A DNA stretch of 63,903 nt, counting the filler, from Octopus bimaculoides (lineage: Eukaryota), in assembly GCF_001194135.2 (NCBI RefSeq). It is 5 parts of 4 records of this genome, joined end to end, with 100 filler letters (N's around TTAATTAATTAA, not from the genome) between each part and the next. Parts side by side here need not be neighbours in the genome. Positions count along the whole stretch, not along the records: positions 34,353 to 55,567 come from NC_068986.1; 4 more parts are not named here. One strand, written 5' to 3'. Position numbers and translations under genes: made by a program. Positions 36,274 through 49,997 of the stretch are shown here, piece by piece. Each line of letters starts with the position of its first letter. Position 1 is the first letter of the stretch. A model generated the notes under the pieces. That model did no database searches. It was not told the origin of the DNA and saw only the letters and a program-made list of their open reading frames with translations.

Positions 36274-37603
36274 GTCATCATTATGAATCATTATCATTAT
36301 TATGATCATCGGCTTCTCTCATCAGTCGAAAATGGCTGTCCATATGAGATGCAAAAATAGGAGGAAAATCATACAGGAAAAGACAGCTACAATGGTCCAA
36401 CGTTATATTTGATCTGATTTGATCAGAAACTCTGTTAGATCAGAATAGGTAGACAGTGATATCGCCTTTGTAGTCATTAAGAATACACATACATTATAGC
36501 CTTTTGCTCCTCTTGCTTTAATATCTTGGCAGAAGCAGTGACCAGTCGATCGATCTTGGGGTATTTAATGCAGTTCTTTGCGTTTTGCGTTCAAATCCTA
36601 CAGGAATAACTACTTGTTTCTTTCTCAATCAGTAGTCAATAAAAGAAAATGTCATTACCAATAAAATTAATTGTTTCCTCCCCACGAAAGGTTATTCTTT
36701 CTACTGATCTCATAAATGCTTAAATATATTAAAATAATTTCATATCCATTCATTGACAAACTATATCACTGGAAAAGGCCGGTAGTCATTTTAAAGACGC
36801 CATATTTCTAATCATGGTTTATGATGTTACCAGGTCCGAGACATACAATTTCAGGAGAGAAACAATATGACAAAGGTTGAGAAACATGTATTGCGGATTA
36901 AATCAACACAGGAATTTAAACTAATGCTGCTTGAAGAAGAAAAAATATCTTAGGGTAAACGGAATGACGACCTACTTAATCGCATTTATTTCGTTGGGAC
37001 TATGTGTGTATATATATATATATNNNNNNNNNNNNNNNNNNNNNNNNNNNNNNNNNNNNNNNNNNNNNNNNNNNNNNNNNNNNNNNNNNNNNNNNNNNNN
37101 NNNNNNNNNNNNNNNNNNNNNNNNNNNNNNNNNNNNNNNNNNNNNNNNNNNNNNNNNNNNNNNNNNNNNNNNNNNNNNNNNNNNNNNNNNNNNNNNNNNN
37201 NNNNNNNNNNNNNNNNNNNNNNNNNNNNNNNNNNNNNNNNNNNNNNNNNNNNNNNNNNNNNNNNNNNNNNNNNNNNNNNNNNNNNNNNNNNNNNNNNNNN
37301 NNNNNNNNNNNNNNNNNNNNNNNNNNNNNNNNNNNNNNNNNNNNNNNNNNNNNNNNNNNNNNNNNNNNNNNNNNNNNNNNNNNNNNNNNNNNNNNNNNNN
37401 NNNNNNNNNNNNNNNNNNNNNNNNNNNNNNNNNNNNNNNNNNNNNNNNNNNNNNNNNNNNNNNNNNNNNNNNNNNNNNNNNNNNNNNNNNNNNNNNNNNN
37501 NNNNNNNNNNNNNNNNNNNNNNNNNNNNNNNNNNNNNNNNNNNNNNNNNNNNNNNNNNNNNNNNNNNNNNNNNNNNNNNNNNNNNNNNNNNNNNNNNNNN
37601 NNN

Positions 37604-37643
<40 letters not shown>

Positions 37644-38752
37644 CGAGAGGAGAGAGAGGGAGATTGATGTGGGAGATCAGGAGATCCTAATTATTACTCC
37701 AGGAACCTAACATCTTTGAAGAATCTATGAACACGATTCATTAAATTCCTATCTCAGCGCTTTTAATTTTTTTTTCCTCTTTTATTTTTTTTTTTCATTC
37801 CTACCCCTGCTCATTCCACACTTTCTTTCCACCGATCACGCTTTGATTCTTTTCATTTTATTTCTTTATATCGGTTGTTACCAATATATTTATTTACTGA
37901 TTTTTTTCCGCATCCTCCTTCTATTCCGTATTATATATTTGACTCATTTCTTTGCATAATTTTCTTCACAATTCTCTTAATACTCTCCTTCGTTTGATTG
38001 TGTTTGTATTTCTGATTATGTTTATTCATGTTTATTTTAATTTTTTTTAGGGTGACATTAGTGGTAACTTTGCTGTTTTCCTTTCATGAAAAATGTTGCA
38101 ATGAAATTGTTTTTCTGTGGTTTACTTTATGAAAGAAAAATCAAAATCAGACAGGTGGAGTAGTAGAGTTGTACATTTTTTTTTACATTTTTTTGAAAAC
38201 ATTACTCTCTTCATATACATATATGTACACACATATATTAATCGGTATACACAGCACACATAACACACATGCATACACAAAGAAGGAGGAACATATATAT
38301 AATCTATAGCAAATGAAAATGAAGATATATATATATATACATATATATATATATNNNNNNNNNNTTCTGTGGTTTACTTTATGAAAGAAAAATCAAAATC
38401 AGACAGGTGGAGTAGTAGAGTTGTACATTTTTTTTTACATTTTTTTGAAAACATTACTCTCTTCATATACATATATGTACACACATATATTAATCGGTAT
38501 ACACAGCACACATAACACACATGCATACACAAAGAAGGAGGAACATATATATAATCTATAGCAAATGAAAATGAAGATATATATATATATACATATATGT
38601 ATATACATATACATACACGTGTATAAATATACCCAAAAGGCAGTAGATACACGTATAAAAATATAAATATGTATGTTCATTTATCATACCTAAAAATTTA
38701 TATATTTATGCACACGTCTAGTTATAGATGGGTGTATCAATGCCTGTGTCTG

Positions 38753-38783
<31 letters not shown>

Positions 38784-38798
38784 ATCTATATATGTATA

Positions 38799-38837
<39 letters not shown>

Positions 38838-39467
38838 TATACATATATAGATAGATATGTACATACATAATACATACATATATATATATGCATGTACATG
38901 TGTGAATGTGTGTCCAAAAAAATGCACATGCACACAAATAAGAATGTCGTGGTTACCTCTTAACTGCTTTTACGTAATTGATTTCAATTTTTCAGTGGAG
39001 TTCTTTGGAAATTTTTATTGAAAAAGGACTGGCTTATCCACAACTAAATTAAAGTAATTTGTGTGGATCGGTAATGAGAGTAGAGAAAAGAGTGTTGATG
39101 ATAACAACGAAGACGATGATGACGACCATGAATAGGATAAAGATGGCACTGATGGCGATGGGGTGAGGAATAAAAGGGGAGAAGTGGAAGGATGAGGAGA
39201 AGAATGAGGTATCGGCATGATAATGATGTTGATGATTAGACTACGTTGTTCGATGGACATGACGATGACGGTGGTGTAAAGACCTGATGTTGACGATGAT
39301 GATTATCATAATGATGAACATGATTATTATTATAATGGTTTCAAAAAAATTGCGTTTCTAATGCACTTCAAGTAATTAATTTTACTGACGATTATCATGG
39401 TTATTATTATTATTCTTTTTATTAAAAAAATTATTATCATCATCAACATCATCGTCACCATTATGTA

Positions 39468-39665
39468 ATGAGATGGCAGAGTCGTTAACGCGTAGGAGAA
39501 AATGTTTAGCAACATTTATTCTGTGCCTTTACACTCTGAAATCAAACTCCAATAAGTTTGCTTTGCTTTTCATCCCTCTGTGGTCAATAAAATAATAACC
39601 AGTTCAGTACTGGGGTGATGTAAATAACTTACACCCTCCCGTCAAAATTATTGTGAAAACTGATA
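39468..39665 (+). mobile_element. SINE family A copy
   Basis: gagatggcagagtcgttaacgcgtaggagaaaatgtttagc...ctctgaaatcaaactcc...ctttgcttttcatcc...cagtactggggtgatgtaa. Confidence 0.75.
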
Positions 39666-39689
39666 TGGCTTGAATGTTTCTACTCATAT

Positions 39690-41110
39690 TTTATTATATG
39701 TAATTCTCCATTTGTTGTCGGTACTATCTTCATCTTTATTCCTTACATTTTCAATATTTTTATTTCAACATCCTTGAATATTGACAGTTTTTTTCACTTC
39801 TATTAGAGCAATCATTTTATTATTCACTCCTTGCTTATTGTATCTGGACCGTGTGCATTGACTTCTTTGTCAGTATGGACGGGCATATTCCAGATGGTCG
39901 CTGTTATGTACTGTGTTTGGAACATGTTTTTATCATTTCTTGTCTGTTTTCGTATTAAAGAGCTGTCATATTGAACAGTTGATATAGCTGTTAATGTGAT
40001 CATGTATACGTATATATCCCGATCTGGTAAGAACTCTGCAACAAGAGAGGAATTGGTCAATAGCATCATTGTGTTGGTTGGGCATTTTTCAGAAGTTGTT
40101 AGGTTGCACTTTCACTATTTTCGTCGCATAAATCTTTACGGATAGGCATTGATCTTGTGCAGCGAAAACCAATCCATCCGTTTCTCTTTTCGTCCGAATG
40201 TTTAGAATGTTCTCTACTCTGTTGAACGTTGCGGGTTATTGGTCGTGGAGTGTTTTTTTTCTTCTTTCCACTTATTCTTTAATATATTTTGTAATTCTGT
40301 TTTCATGTTGTTTTAGATATCTTAATCTTCTCTGCTGTGTAGTTATTTAAATTTATCTTCTGGTGCAGTTTGTATATAGTTGTACTTTATTGCTTCATTG
40401 TGCATAAATAAAAGATTTTTTCCATGTTTATTCAATTTATCAGCCTTCTGATTTTTCTTTGGTGTTCTGGTCCGAATTGTTATTTTACTAAAGCTTTCAG
40501 TCTGTGTCAGGCCACGTCCTCTTCATGTAGGTATATTCTGTCCATATTTGTATCAGAATGGTAGCTTCAGGTCGCAGTCAGTATTTGCCTGTTTCCTGTT
40601 TAAATTGTTCAACTTACTTAGCCTCCAGTTTATCATATTGAAGCTGGAATTTATAAGTAGGATGATTCGCGTATTTATAACTATCAACTTATTGCTAGTA
40701 TTGTGTTCAGTTTCTATTTATTTATTTTTTTATTAATATTAATTTAAATTTTCTGTAGTATTCTTTCCTGGTTTTCTCTTTCATTCTTTGTGTTATATTT
40801 TAGTTGTTTCTATTGGTAATACGAGCATATTTATTTCATCTCAATATCTAATTCTAGTGCTTGTTAATCTGCCACTTTGGTACATTTGTCTAATTCAACA
40901 TACATCCTCATGCCTTTGCTGAAACTATGGGCAATTTTTACGAAGTTTTCATGCTCGGTAATTTTCCTTATAAAGCATTGTGTCGTCCCTATACAAGAGA
41001 TGCTTCATATTATGATCAAAATATTTGTACTCCAAGGTGGTGTCTTTCAGTAAATTCTGTTAGTGGGATCGGAAAACGGTCAGCATATTTGCAAACTAAT
41101 CTGGTGAAAT
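39690..41110 (-). mobile_element. R4/Dong-clade non-LTR retrotransposon, 3' half (RT end, CCHC knuckle, REL endonuclease), degenerate
   Basis: Minus strand, in order: KHLLYRDDTMLY (degenerate YMDD at 40982-40993); ELDKCTK; INWRLSKL; DRIYL..GRGL; WKE.KTLHDQ; KRETDGLVFAAQDQCL; DAIDQFLSCCRVLTRSGYIRIHD; WNMPVHTDKEVNAHGPDTI (about 39836-39895); KKLSIFKDVEIKI. Confidence 0.85.
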
Positions 41111-41817
41111 TTTAAAATTACGGTCTAATAGATTATCGATTCCACTGTCAGAAAATTGGCCAAACGGAGAATCCATTCTGATCTCAGATGCGGTAGCAGG
41201 ATGTCATAGCGTTGGAGAAGTTGACAGGCACCATAATGGCGTTGGAAATGACCAACAGATTTAAAACAATGCGTAATACCAAAAATGAAAGCTTTCCGAC
41301 TCCAGTTTTAAAATAGCGTAGGCTGAACAGCCATTGTTGTTGCCGTCAACATTGACTATGGTAGCAATAATAAGAACAACACAAGCTCTAATAAGCATTT
41401 CCAACAGTGGAAACCAATAGCACAATAAAAGCAACAGCAACAACAGACATCGGCTGTCAAGGAAGCACTGGGAATCTTGAGGAGAAAATCTTGAAATGCT
41501 GAGCGACAACCCTCACAACACAAGTTTCCATTACTAGTACAAATAGCACGTTGACTAGTCAAGCAGCTTTGTCTTTCATCCTCGTGTTGCTCTTTTCACT
41601 TTCTCGCCTTCTCCAAGCTCTTGTCGATTGAAGAAGAGAAGAAGAGGAGCGGTAGTCACGTAGAACGGTTTTCCACCCTACAACAGAAATCATTACTATT
41701 TCCTTTAGGTTGGTTCCATGCTTTCTCCACTCATGCATTCTTCGCTGTTTCGTCTCCTTTTCATTCTTTACTCATTCTAGACATACATTTTCACTGTCGA
41801 CGCATTGCTGATGTCTG

Positions 41818-41984
41818 GAGTAATATCAACAAGCTTTTTTTCACTTGCGGTACACATGTTTTTCAGAATTCGGTGGCAAAGCCAAAAGTATAGGGAAAAA
41901 ATTATATTCGGGTTACACTGCAGTACACCTAACATCGTCTCGTGGCACACCAGTGTGCCGCAGCATACCGGTTGCTGAGTACTG
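41818..41984. mobile_element. Probable non-autonomous hAT (Charlie-like) MITE
   Basis: Subterminal palindrome gtggcacac-cag-tgtgccgc followed by ccggttgctgagtactg, then the 8-mer gtctaaac (resembling the NTCTAGAN target preference). The left end is degenerate. Confidence 0.45.
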
Positions 41985-43719
41985 GTCTAAACTAAACATG
42001 GAGCAAGATGAACCGACTTCAAAATGCACCTACACAGACAATACCTCAAAAGCTGAACAGAGAAGAATTAGACGATAAAAAGTCGACATTGGATAAGAAA
42101 AGTTAGAATCAAAGCACAGAGACAAATGTTCATTACTGAGGTGCATCATCAAAGCTTACTCAACAGAAATGTACTAAAAAAAAAAAAAGGAAATAAGCTC
42201 GGGATGTGGTGACATAAATAAATGCATGTGTCATAAGATAATACTGATGAAACTAAAAATAAAAAGCCTCTAACGTCATGAGAAAAAGGGATAACTTATA
42301 TACCTAGATAGAAAATGATCTGCAGAAAGACGGTAGTTGAAAGGAATTAGCCGGGGATGGCCATGTCCTGTAGAAAAAGAGTAGCAACATGTTTGGATGT
42401 CAGCGCCGCATATATTTCATTCCGTTTCTTATGTACATTTGTGAACGTGGGAATGCGTATATGAAGAAAAGGGTATGTTTAGCTATGCGCATGCATGTGG
42501 ACATGAGTATGAATACTATTTAAGTGCTTCTGACAAACTTCTGAAGCAGAAAAAGGACACTTTATTCCAATTCATATACAACAATGTGCTGTATACACTG
42601 ATCTTCATTGACATACATTTTCACGCTCATAGACACACTCATGCACGAACGCACGCACACATACACACGCATGCACGTGCACACACATACACATATGCAC
42701 ACACACATATTTTTTATGTATCCTTATGTATATATATATATATATATNNNNNNNNNNNNNNNNNNNNNNNNNNNNNNNNNNNNNNNNNNNNNNNNNNNNN
42801 NNNNNNNNNNNNNNNNNNNNNNNNNNNNNNNNNNNNNNNNNNNNNNNNNNNNNNNNNNNNNNNNNNNNNNNNNNNNNNNNNNNNNNNNNNNNNNNNNNNN
42901 NNNNNNNNNNNNNNNNNNNNNNNNNNNNNNNNNNNNNNNNNNNNNNNNNNNNNNNNNNNNNNNNNNNNNNNNNNNNNNNNNNNNNNNNNNNNNNNNNNNN
43001 NNNNNNNNNNNNNNNNNNNNNNNNNNNNNNNNNNNNNNNNNNNNNNNNNNNNNNNNNNNNNNNNNNNNNNNNNNNNNNNNNNNNNNNNNNNNNNNNNNNN
43101 NNNNNNNNNNNNATATATATATATATATATATATAATACATATATAAATTTTCAAACTACCCAAAGAAATAAGAAAAATAGTATAAAAATAAGGAAGTAT
43201 TTATAATAACAAATATGACAAGTTTTCTCAGAAGCTTTGCAAAAACAATGGAGCAGAAGTTTGCTAATTATTCGTGACAATGCTCATGTCATCACGTGGG
43301 AACTTTCAGGAAATGAGACACGCAAGTGGAGCTAATGTTGCAGTTGTATGTTTACAAACATCCATACTAACACTGTTCTAACCTGCATAACAAATATCTG
43401 TCTTACATTTGAATTGTTTTACCCCGCGCCAAGTTGCTCAGCCGCTGTCTACACTTGGGTACATGAACATATCTATATACTAAATGGTGCTAAAAAGATC
43501 CTGGCTTTCGATAAAAGAAGATACAGGAACTTCAGTTAATTATGATTTTATCCAACATAGTTCCCTCCCGGAATCACACACCGTGCAGCGTCCTTCAGTT
43601 TTTGTAAGCCTTACATCAAGGTCCTTCTGTTTCTCTGAGGCCTCCAACCAGGCTTTTCGCGATACCCGGAAAGCTAGGAAATTTTCAGCACCTCCTTGTA
43701 TGTATACGTGAATGTGTTC

Positions 43720-43752
<33 letters not shown>

Positions 43753-43915
43753 TTTGCATGTTTCGAATTTCTCACTAACAGACAGGAAGCCGATTTCTAA
43801 CCTGGAAAGAGGACTCGATGGAATCTTTATAACATCAAAGTCGGCAGTCTTGAATATATGTACGCATATATACATACATACATAATGCATACATACATAC
43901 ATACATACATACACA

Positions 43916-43952
<37 letters not shown>

Positions 43953-43962
43953 NNNNNNNNNN

Positions 43963-44011
<49 letters not shown>

Positions 44012-44337
44012 GCACACACATATATATAATTGTAACAGTATGAGAAGAATTTAGTCGTAGCCTGGTTGAATTACAACAAAATTTCCATTCTGTTTAACAC
44101 TAGTAGATGTTAAAGGTCCTTCTGCTTGCTAAATTTCAGACCATAATTGAAGCTGCAGACATATAGGTATGTATGTATGTATGTATGAATGTATGTATGT
44201 ATGTATGTATGAATATGTGTATATGTGTATATACATACAACACACACACGGACACATGCACACACGCGCATACGTACACGCGCGCGCACGCACACACATA
44301 CACACAAACACACACGCGCACGCACATACACACATAT

Positions 44338-44507
44338 ATGTGCGACGGGTTTCTTTCAGTTTCTGTCTAGGAAATTCACTCACAAGGCTGTGGTTGTCCT
44401 AAGGCTACCATCGAAGACACTCAGCCAAGGTACTATGCAATAAGACTGAACGCAAGACCATGTGGTTGTGAAGCAAACTATTTACCAGACAGCCACATCT
44501 TCGCCTC
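44338..44507 (-). mobile_element. SINE family B, 5' half
   Basis: gacgggtttctttcagtttctgtcta..aaattcactcacaaggct...gactgaacgcaagaccatgtggttgtgaagcaaactatttaccagacagccac. Confidence 0.85.
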
Positions 44508-44774
44508 TGTACTCATTTTCAGCTCATTGCTTTGATTATTTCATATTCCTGGATGACAAAATACGGAGCTGCGTTGTCTACGAGTGGGAAACAGAATGGA
44601 ATTGAAATTTTCTTGTAATTCAACCAGGCTACAACTAAATTCTTCTGATATTGCTGCAGCTGTGATATTACAGTTTTATTGAATGAATGTTGCTCATCAC
44701 ATTTCAAACCCCTTTCTTCTCTGTTGCTTGATCCTCTGCGACGACATTGTTACTGCCACAGTAATGTTCAAGAA

Positions 44775-45050
44775 TTAGTTTCAGACAGGCTAAGCAACTT
44801 ACTTAAGTGTTTTGTACTATAGCTCCGGACTGACTGAAATCGTGTGAATTTATTCGGTGGACGGAAACAGAAATAATCCCGTCGTATACACAGGCAGATA
44901 TTTGACCACAAGCCCACATACACGAGTATGCATACCTGCACGCACACACACCCACACGCGTGCATGTCTGTATGTCTTTGTACTTTTGTTTTTCTCACAC
45001 CGCTTGGCAACTGGTTAGTTTGTTTACGTAATTCTTGAACCTGTGAAGCG
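44775..45050 (+). mobile_element. SINE family B, diverged
   Basis: ttaagtgttttgtactatagctccggactgactgaaatcgtgtgaatttattcggtggacggaaacagaaataatcccgtcgtata matches the family B middle region in forward orientation. Confidence 0.65.
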
Positions 45051-46537
45051 GTAAGATTTTAGGATGCTGCACATATTTCTGCCAATGCCCACCGACACGC
45101 TATATTCATAGTCTCAATGCCAAATTGATAGCAAAGTTCGATAATAGTATCCAGGGAAGAAGTTAAGGTCTTTTTTCCCCCAGTTTATTTTTTTGACCAG
45201 AAGAAACAATAAATGTTTTGTTGGTGCTTGTCCATCTGAAAACATTTATATCTCTGTCCCAACTATATCACTAGCAATATTATATATTTTTTGTATGATA
45301 CAAGGAAATTAGTTCTTTAGAATTTCGTTTAACCATGTCCTAAATGGTCGCCTTTTTCTCACAGAAAATGCTTTTGGGGAATTGCTCCATAACATCTCGG
45401 GAAAGAGTGACCCTAATTTTCATTGACTGCGTGCTTCTAGCACTTCTCTCTCTAAAGCTTGCTTACTAGAAATCGAGGTCTGTTTAGTTGTAAAACTACA
45501 TGACAGCAGTCCAATGACCGAAACAAGTTAAAAGTAAAATGTAACGTAGCCAGAAATATGCTCCCTAAATTACATAAATTGGATGGTATAGGTCAGTTAT
45601 ATGAGCCATATGAAAGTCAATCTTCAGTTAAATAAGAACAAAAGGCTCCAATAAAGGAAAAAATATACGCTGCTAGAAACATCAGTAGTTTAAACATCAT
45701 TAGGACTAAACAACAATAACAAGGACATCCACCACGACGACAACAGCAGCAACAACAACAAAAAAGAAACAACAACAACAAGGCTAATCTGCATATTTAC
45801 AGAAAGCAGGTATCTAATTAGTCGAAATTCTTCACTGTGTTATTGAAACTGTAATATCTAAAAGTGTGGAAACTCGTCTCGTCATCTCAGTTGTCGTTGA
45901 AGGCAAGTGATGAATATGTCTCGAGTACAAAAAGATCGATAGGATTTTAAATGTTACTCGACTTCGTATATTTTTCACGTTTCTTGATTAAAATTATATT
46001 ACGTATTTATACATTTGTTTATTTCTTGATTTTCTGTTGATTGATTTTGCTTCAAATATTGATTCCGTTTATTTCATTATCTTATATTCTCAGCTAATTA
46101 TGTTAGTAACAGGTCATGTTAAATTCATCGTCTTTATTATTCGCCTTATGTATATTGGAAAGATTTTTATAAACTTTCTCTTTCATACGCCGCACCTTCA
46201 TAAATACATACATCATTAATACGTAAATAAAAGCACGCGCAGACGCACAGCACACATAAACACACACGCACACACGCACACGTACACACACGCATACAAA
46301 CACACACATACACAAATATACACAAACTTGATAAAAAAAATATACGAACGTAACCATACATATATATTCACACAACACACGCACCACGACACGAGCTTAT
46401 ATGTCGCATATCTATCTGTCTAACTACCTATCTAACTATTTGTCTGTTTCGTGTATAGATATAGATATGTACATATACATAAATATATATATATGTATTT
46501 ACGTATGTGTACATACATACATTCATACATACATATG

Positions 46538-46607
<70 letters not shown>

Positions 46608-46921
46608 TGTGTGTGTCTGTATGTGTGTGTGTATATATATGTGATACTCGCACACACTCACACACGCATATACATGTTTCTATCATCACATGTTCTTCCA
46701 ATATTTATCATCTTAACTTTACTCATACTTCCATCATTTGACGTAATATCACTAATTACTTTGAAAATTCTCCTTCATGTACACACAGTATTTCTCAAAG
46801 TTTCCTCTTTGCGCTCTCTTCCCTTCACTTATTTCAATCATACATATAAACACAAGATACATTTATACAGGTTTTTTTAATATACCCAAATTCACACACA
46901 TGCGTACATACCGCAGGTTGA

Positions 46922-46954
<33 letters not shown>

Positions 46955-47367
46955 NNNNNNNNNNNNNNNNNNNNNNNNNNNNNNNNNNNNNNNNNNNNNN
47001 NNNNNNNNNNNNNNNNNNNNNNNNNNNNNNNNNNNNNNNNNNNNNNNNNNNNNNNNNNNNNNNNNNNNNNNNNNNNNNNNNNNNNNNNNNNNNNNNNNNN
47101 NNNNNNNNNNNNNNNNNNNNNNNNNNNNNNNNNNNNNNNNNNNNNNNNNNNNNNNNNNNNNNNNNNNNNNNNNNNNNNNNNNNNNNNNNNNNNNNNNNNN
47201 NNNNNNNNNNNNNNNNNNNNNNNNNNNNNNNNNNNNNNNNNNNNNNNNNNNNNNNNNNNNNNNNNNNNNNNNNNNNNNNNNNNNNNNNNNNNNNNNNNNN
47301 NNNNNNNNNNNNNNNNNNNNNNNNNNNNNNNNNNNNNNNNNNNNATACATGTATGTATATATATGTA

Positions 47368-48050
47368 TATTGGGTCATCCCATAAATAATGCCTCAAAAT
47401 GAAGATAGACAAAGTTCTTTCTGAATGTAAAATATACTGTCTTTCATTTTCTACAATGCTCTTCCATCTTTCAGGTAGACTCACAGGCCTCTCTTCCAAA
47501 ATTCACTTCTGCGTGACGAAAAATTCTCCTTTGACCTCGTCTACAGAATTCATATTTTTTCCGTCCAAATGATTTTGAAGACTGCGCAAAAAATGATAAT
47601 CAGATGGGGCAATGTGCGGCGAAAATGGTGGGTAGGGCATCGTTTCTCGTTCAAACTGCTTCAGCTTGGGATTGTCACTCTCGCTGTATGTGGCCGAGCA
47701 TTATCCTGATGGAAGAGCACCTTTCGTCACGAAAACCAGAGATGGTCGTGTTTTTCTTGCGCAGGTGTCGATGAATGAATGGTTGGATGACCAAATTCAA
47801 GCTTCTCTGCTAATACCTCAACAGTTACGATGGTATTTTGTTCTAGCAGGGTTTGCAGGACGTTTTCGTCGAGTTCCACAGATCGTCCAGGACAAATCGC
47901 GTCTTCTTGGTGAAGTTTCCGGCTCGGAATTTCTGGAACCACCATTGACACTGCCTTACGCTTATTGTCCGATATCCATATACTGCATTAATATTCCTCG
48001 CACTTTCTGTTGCCTTCATTGAACTAATAAAGTGTTATATCACAAGTTCA
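47368..48050 (-). mobile_element. Mariner relic with an internal deletion
   Basis: TIR-like TA-TTGGGTCATCCCATAAATAATG at about 47368-47391. Minus strand: ARNINAVYGYRTISVRQCQWWFQKFRAGNF, PGRSVELDENVLQTLLEQN..VTVEVLAEKLEFGHPTI, then directly VLFHQDNARPHTAR, PYPPFSPHIAPSDYHF, SLPERWKSIVENERQYI. Confidence 0.88.
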
Positions 48051-48784
48051 GATGACCTCTACACAACTACTCCAACGTCTACACTTCTCAATCTATATCT
48101 ACGTATTGGGCTAGCCTACTTCATCGTCTGTGGGCGTCGACACAACATAGAGCAAAATATACCGATATGCACCTTTGTCATTTCCATTATAGCTTTGAAA
48201 AAATAGCTACTAAGATCGAACTGCACTCTTCAAAAGTTGCACTTAGAAAAAGGACAGGGTATAATTAGCACCTGCTTTCATAGGAAGTTGATGCAGGTAG
48301 TTCATCCCGTCCTTCGACTTTAATGCATGCAACTGAAAAAGCCGCATTATTTATGAGATGGCTCAATACATTCATTCACACAAAGGCACATACGTACATA
48401 GGTACATACATGCGTATACAAATATATGTATACATGAATTTAACACACAAACTCACTATTTATTATCGACAAACATACACTCGCGTACAGACACACACAC
48501 ACATGTGTATATACAGTAAAACCCCACATTGCGAGTTAAGAATTTCGTTTAGTGAAGATTATCTTTACAATAATAGGACACAATATTCTGTGGCCTATTT
48601 CAAACATAAATTCAGCAAACAAGAGTGACAACTCCATTAGTATCACTTAATCCAGATGCTTGACAGGTAACGAGAAAGCAGTTAGGAATGTACGATGTGA
48701 CAAAAGCCAAAACGTGAACGGGACGGAAAATGTTTCGATTTAATTTGATCTCATCAGATAACATTGCAAGTTCTTTTTAATGAT

Positions 48785-49182
48785 ACTCTTTTACTCTTTT
48801 ATTTGTTTCAGTCATGTGACTGCGGCCATGCTGGAGCAACGCCTTTAGTCGTTCAAATCGACCCCAAGACTTATTCTCTGTAAGCCTAATACTTATTCCA
48901 TCGGTCTCTTTTGCCGAACTGCTAAATTACGGGGACGTGAACACACCAGCACCGGTTGTCAAGCGATATTGGTGGGACAAACACAGACNNNNNNNNNNNN
49001 NNNNNNNNNNNNNNNNNNNNNNNNNNNNNNNNNNNNNNNNNNNNNNNNNNNNNNNNNNNNNNNNNNNNNNNNNNNNNNNNNNNNNNNNNNNNNNNNNNNN
49101 NNNNNNNNNNNNNNNNNNNNNNNNNNNNNNNNNNNNNNNNNNNNNNNNNNNNNNNNNNNNNNNNNNNNNNNNNATATATATA

Positions 49183-49213
<31 letters not shown>

Positions 49214-49391
49214 ATATATACATATACATATATACGACAGGCTTCTTTCAGTTTCCGTCTGCCAAATCCACGCACAAGGCTTTGGTCGGCCCGAGGCTAT
49301 AGTAGAATACACTTGCCCAAGGAGCTACGCATTGGGACTAAACCCGGAACCATGTGGTTGGTAAGAAAGCTACTTACCACACAGCCACTCC
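48785..49391 (-). mobile_element. SINE family B, full length, with a gap in its central microsatellite
   Basis: Both halves are close to the 25985-26357 copy. B-box-like ccgggtttagtccca on the minus strand. Confidence 0.9.
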
Positions 49392-49639
49392 GATAATGTA
49401 GATTGCTTGCATAGGAATGAGATATTTCTTGACATCTGATACCTTGTTATTTATATAACGTCGAAAATTGACTTAAACGTATTTCTTTTGACCTGTTTGT
49501 GTGACATCAGTGGGATTCAGAATATATTATTGATATTATATTACATAAGAGCTGGAAAAATGATAAATGAAAATGAAGAGAGTTTATTATAAAGTACAAA
49601 TGCGCCCTGATGAGCTTTTAGTCTTATGAATAGAACCCA

Positions 49640-49766
49640 GAACTCATTTTTAAAGCCTGGTACTTATTTTATCGAATACTGTTGCCGAACCACTAGATTA
49701 CTGAAACATGACACGCCAATACTATTTGTCAAGCGGTGGTGAGGAACAAACACAAAGGCATACACA

Positions 49767-49825
<59 letters not shown>

Positions 49826-49853
49826 ACGCACGCGCGCGCACACACACACACAT

Positions 49854-49884
<31 letters not shown>

Positions 49885-49997
49885 CACACACGAACGATGG
49901 GCGACGTTCAATTTCCTGCTGCCAAATTCACGCACTAGGCTTTGGTCGGAGCCAGATTATAGAAGAAGACACTTGTCCAAATGTGTTACCACGCAGC
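49640..49997 (-). mobile_element. SINE family B, truncated at both ends, expanded (CA)n centre
   Basis: ggtacttattttatcg...ttgccgaaccac...gtcaagcggtggtgaggaacaaacac and aaattcacgcactaggctttggtcgg...gaagacacttgtccaa. Confidence 0.8.

Noticed and set aside
38113-38598. Exact direct duplication of about 234 bp (38113-38346 and 38365-38598)
   Set aside because: The copies are identical and sit either side of a 10-N gap, typical of unmerged overlapping contig ends.
42374-42474. Possible 99-nt plus-strand exon (KKSSNMFGCQRRIYFIPF...|gtatgt)
   Set aside because: Weak acceptor, unrecognised peptide and no partner exons supporting a plus-strand coding gene.
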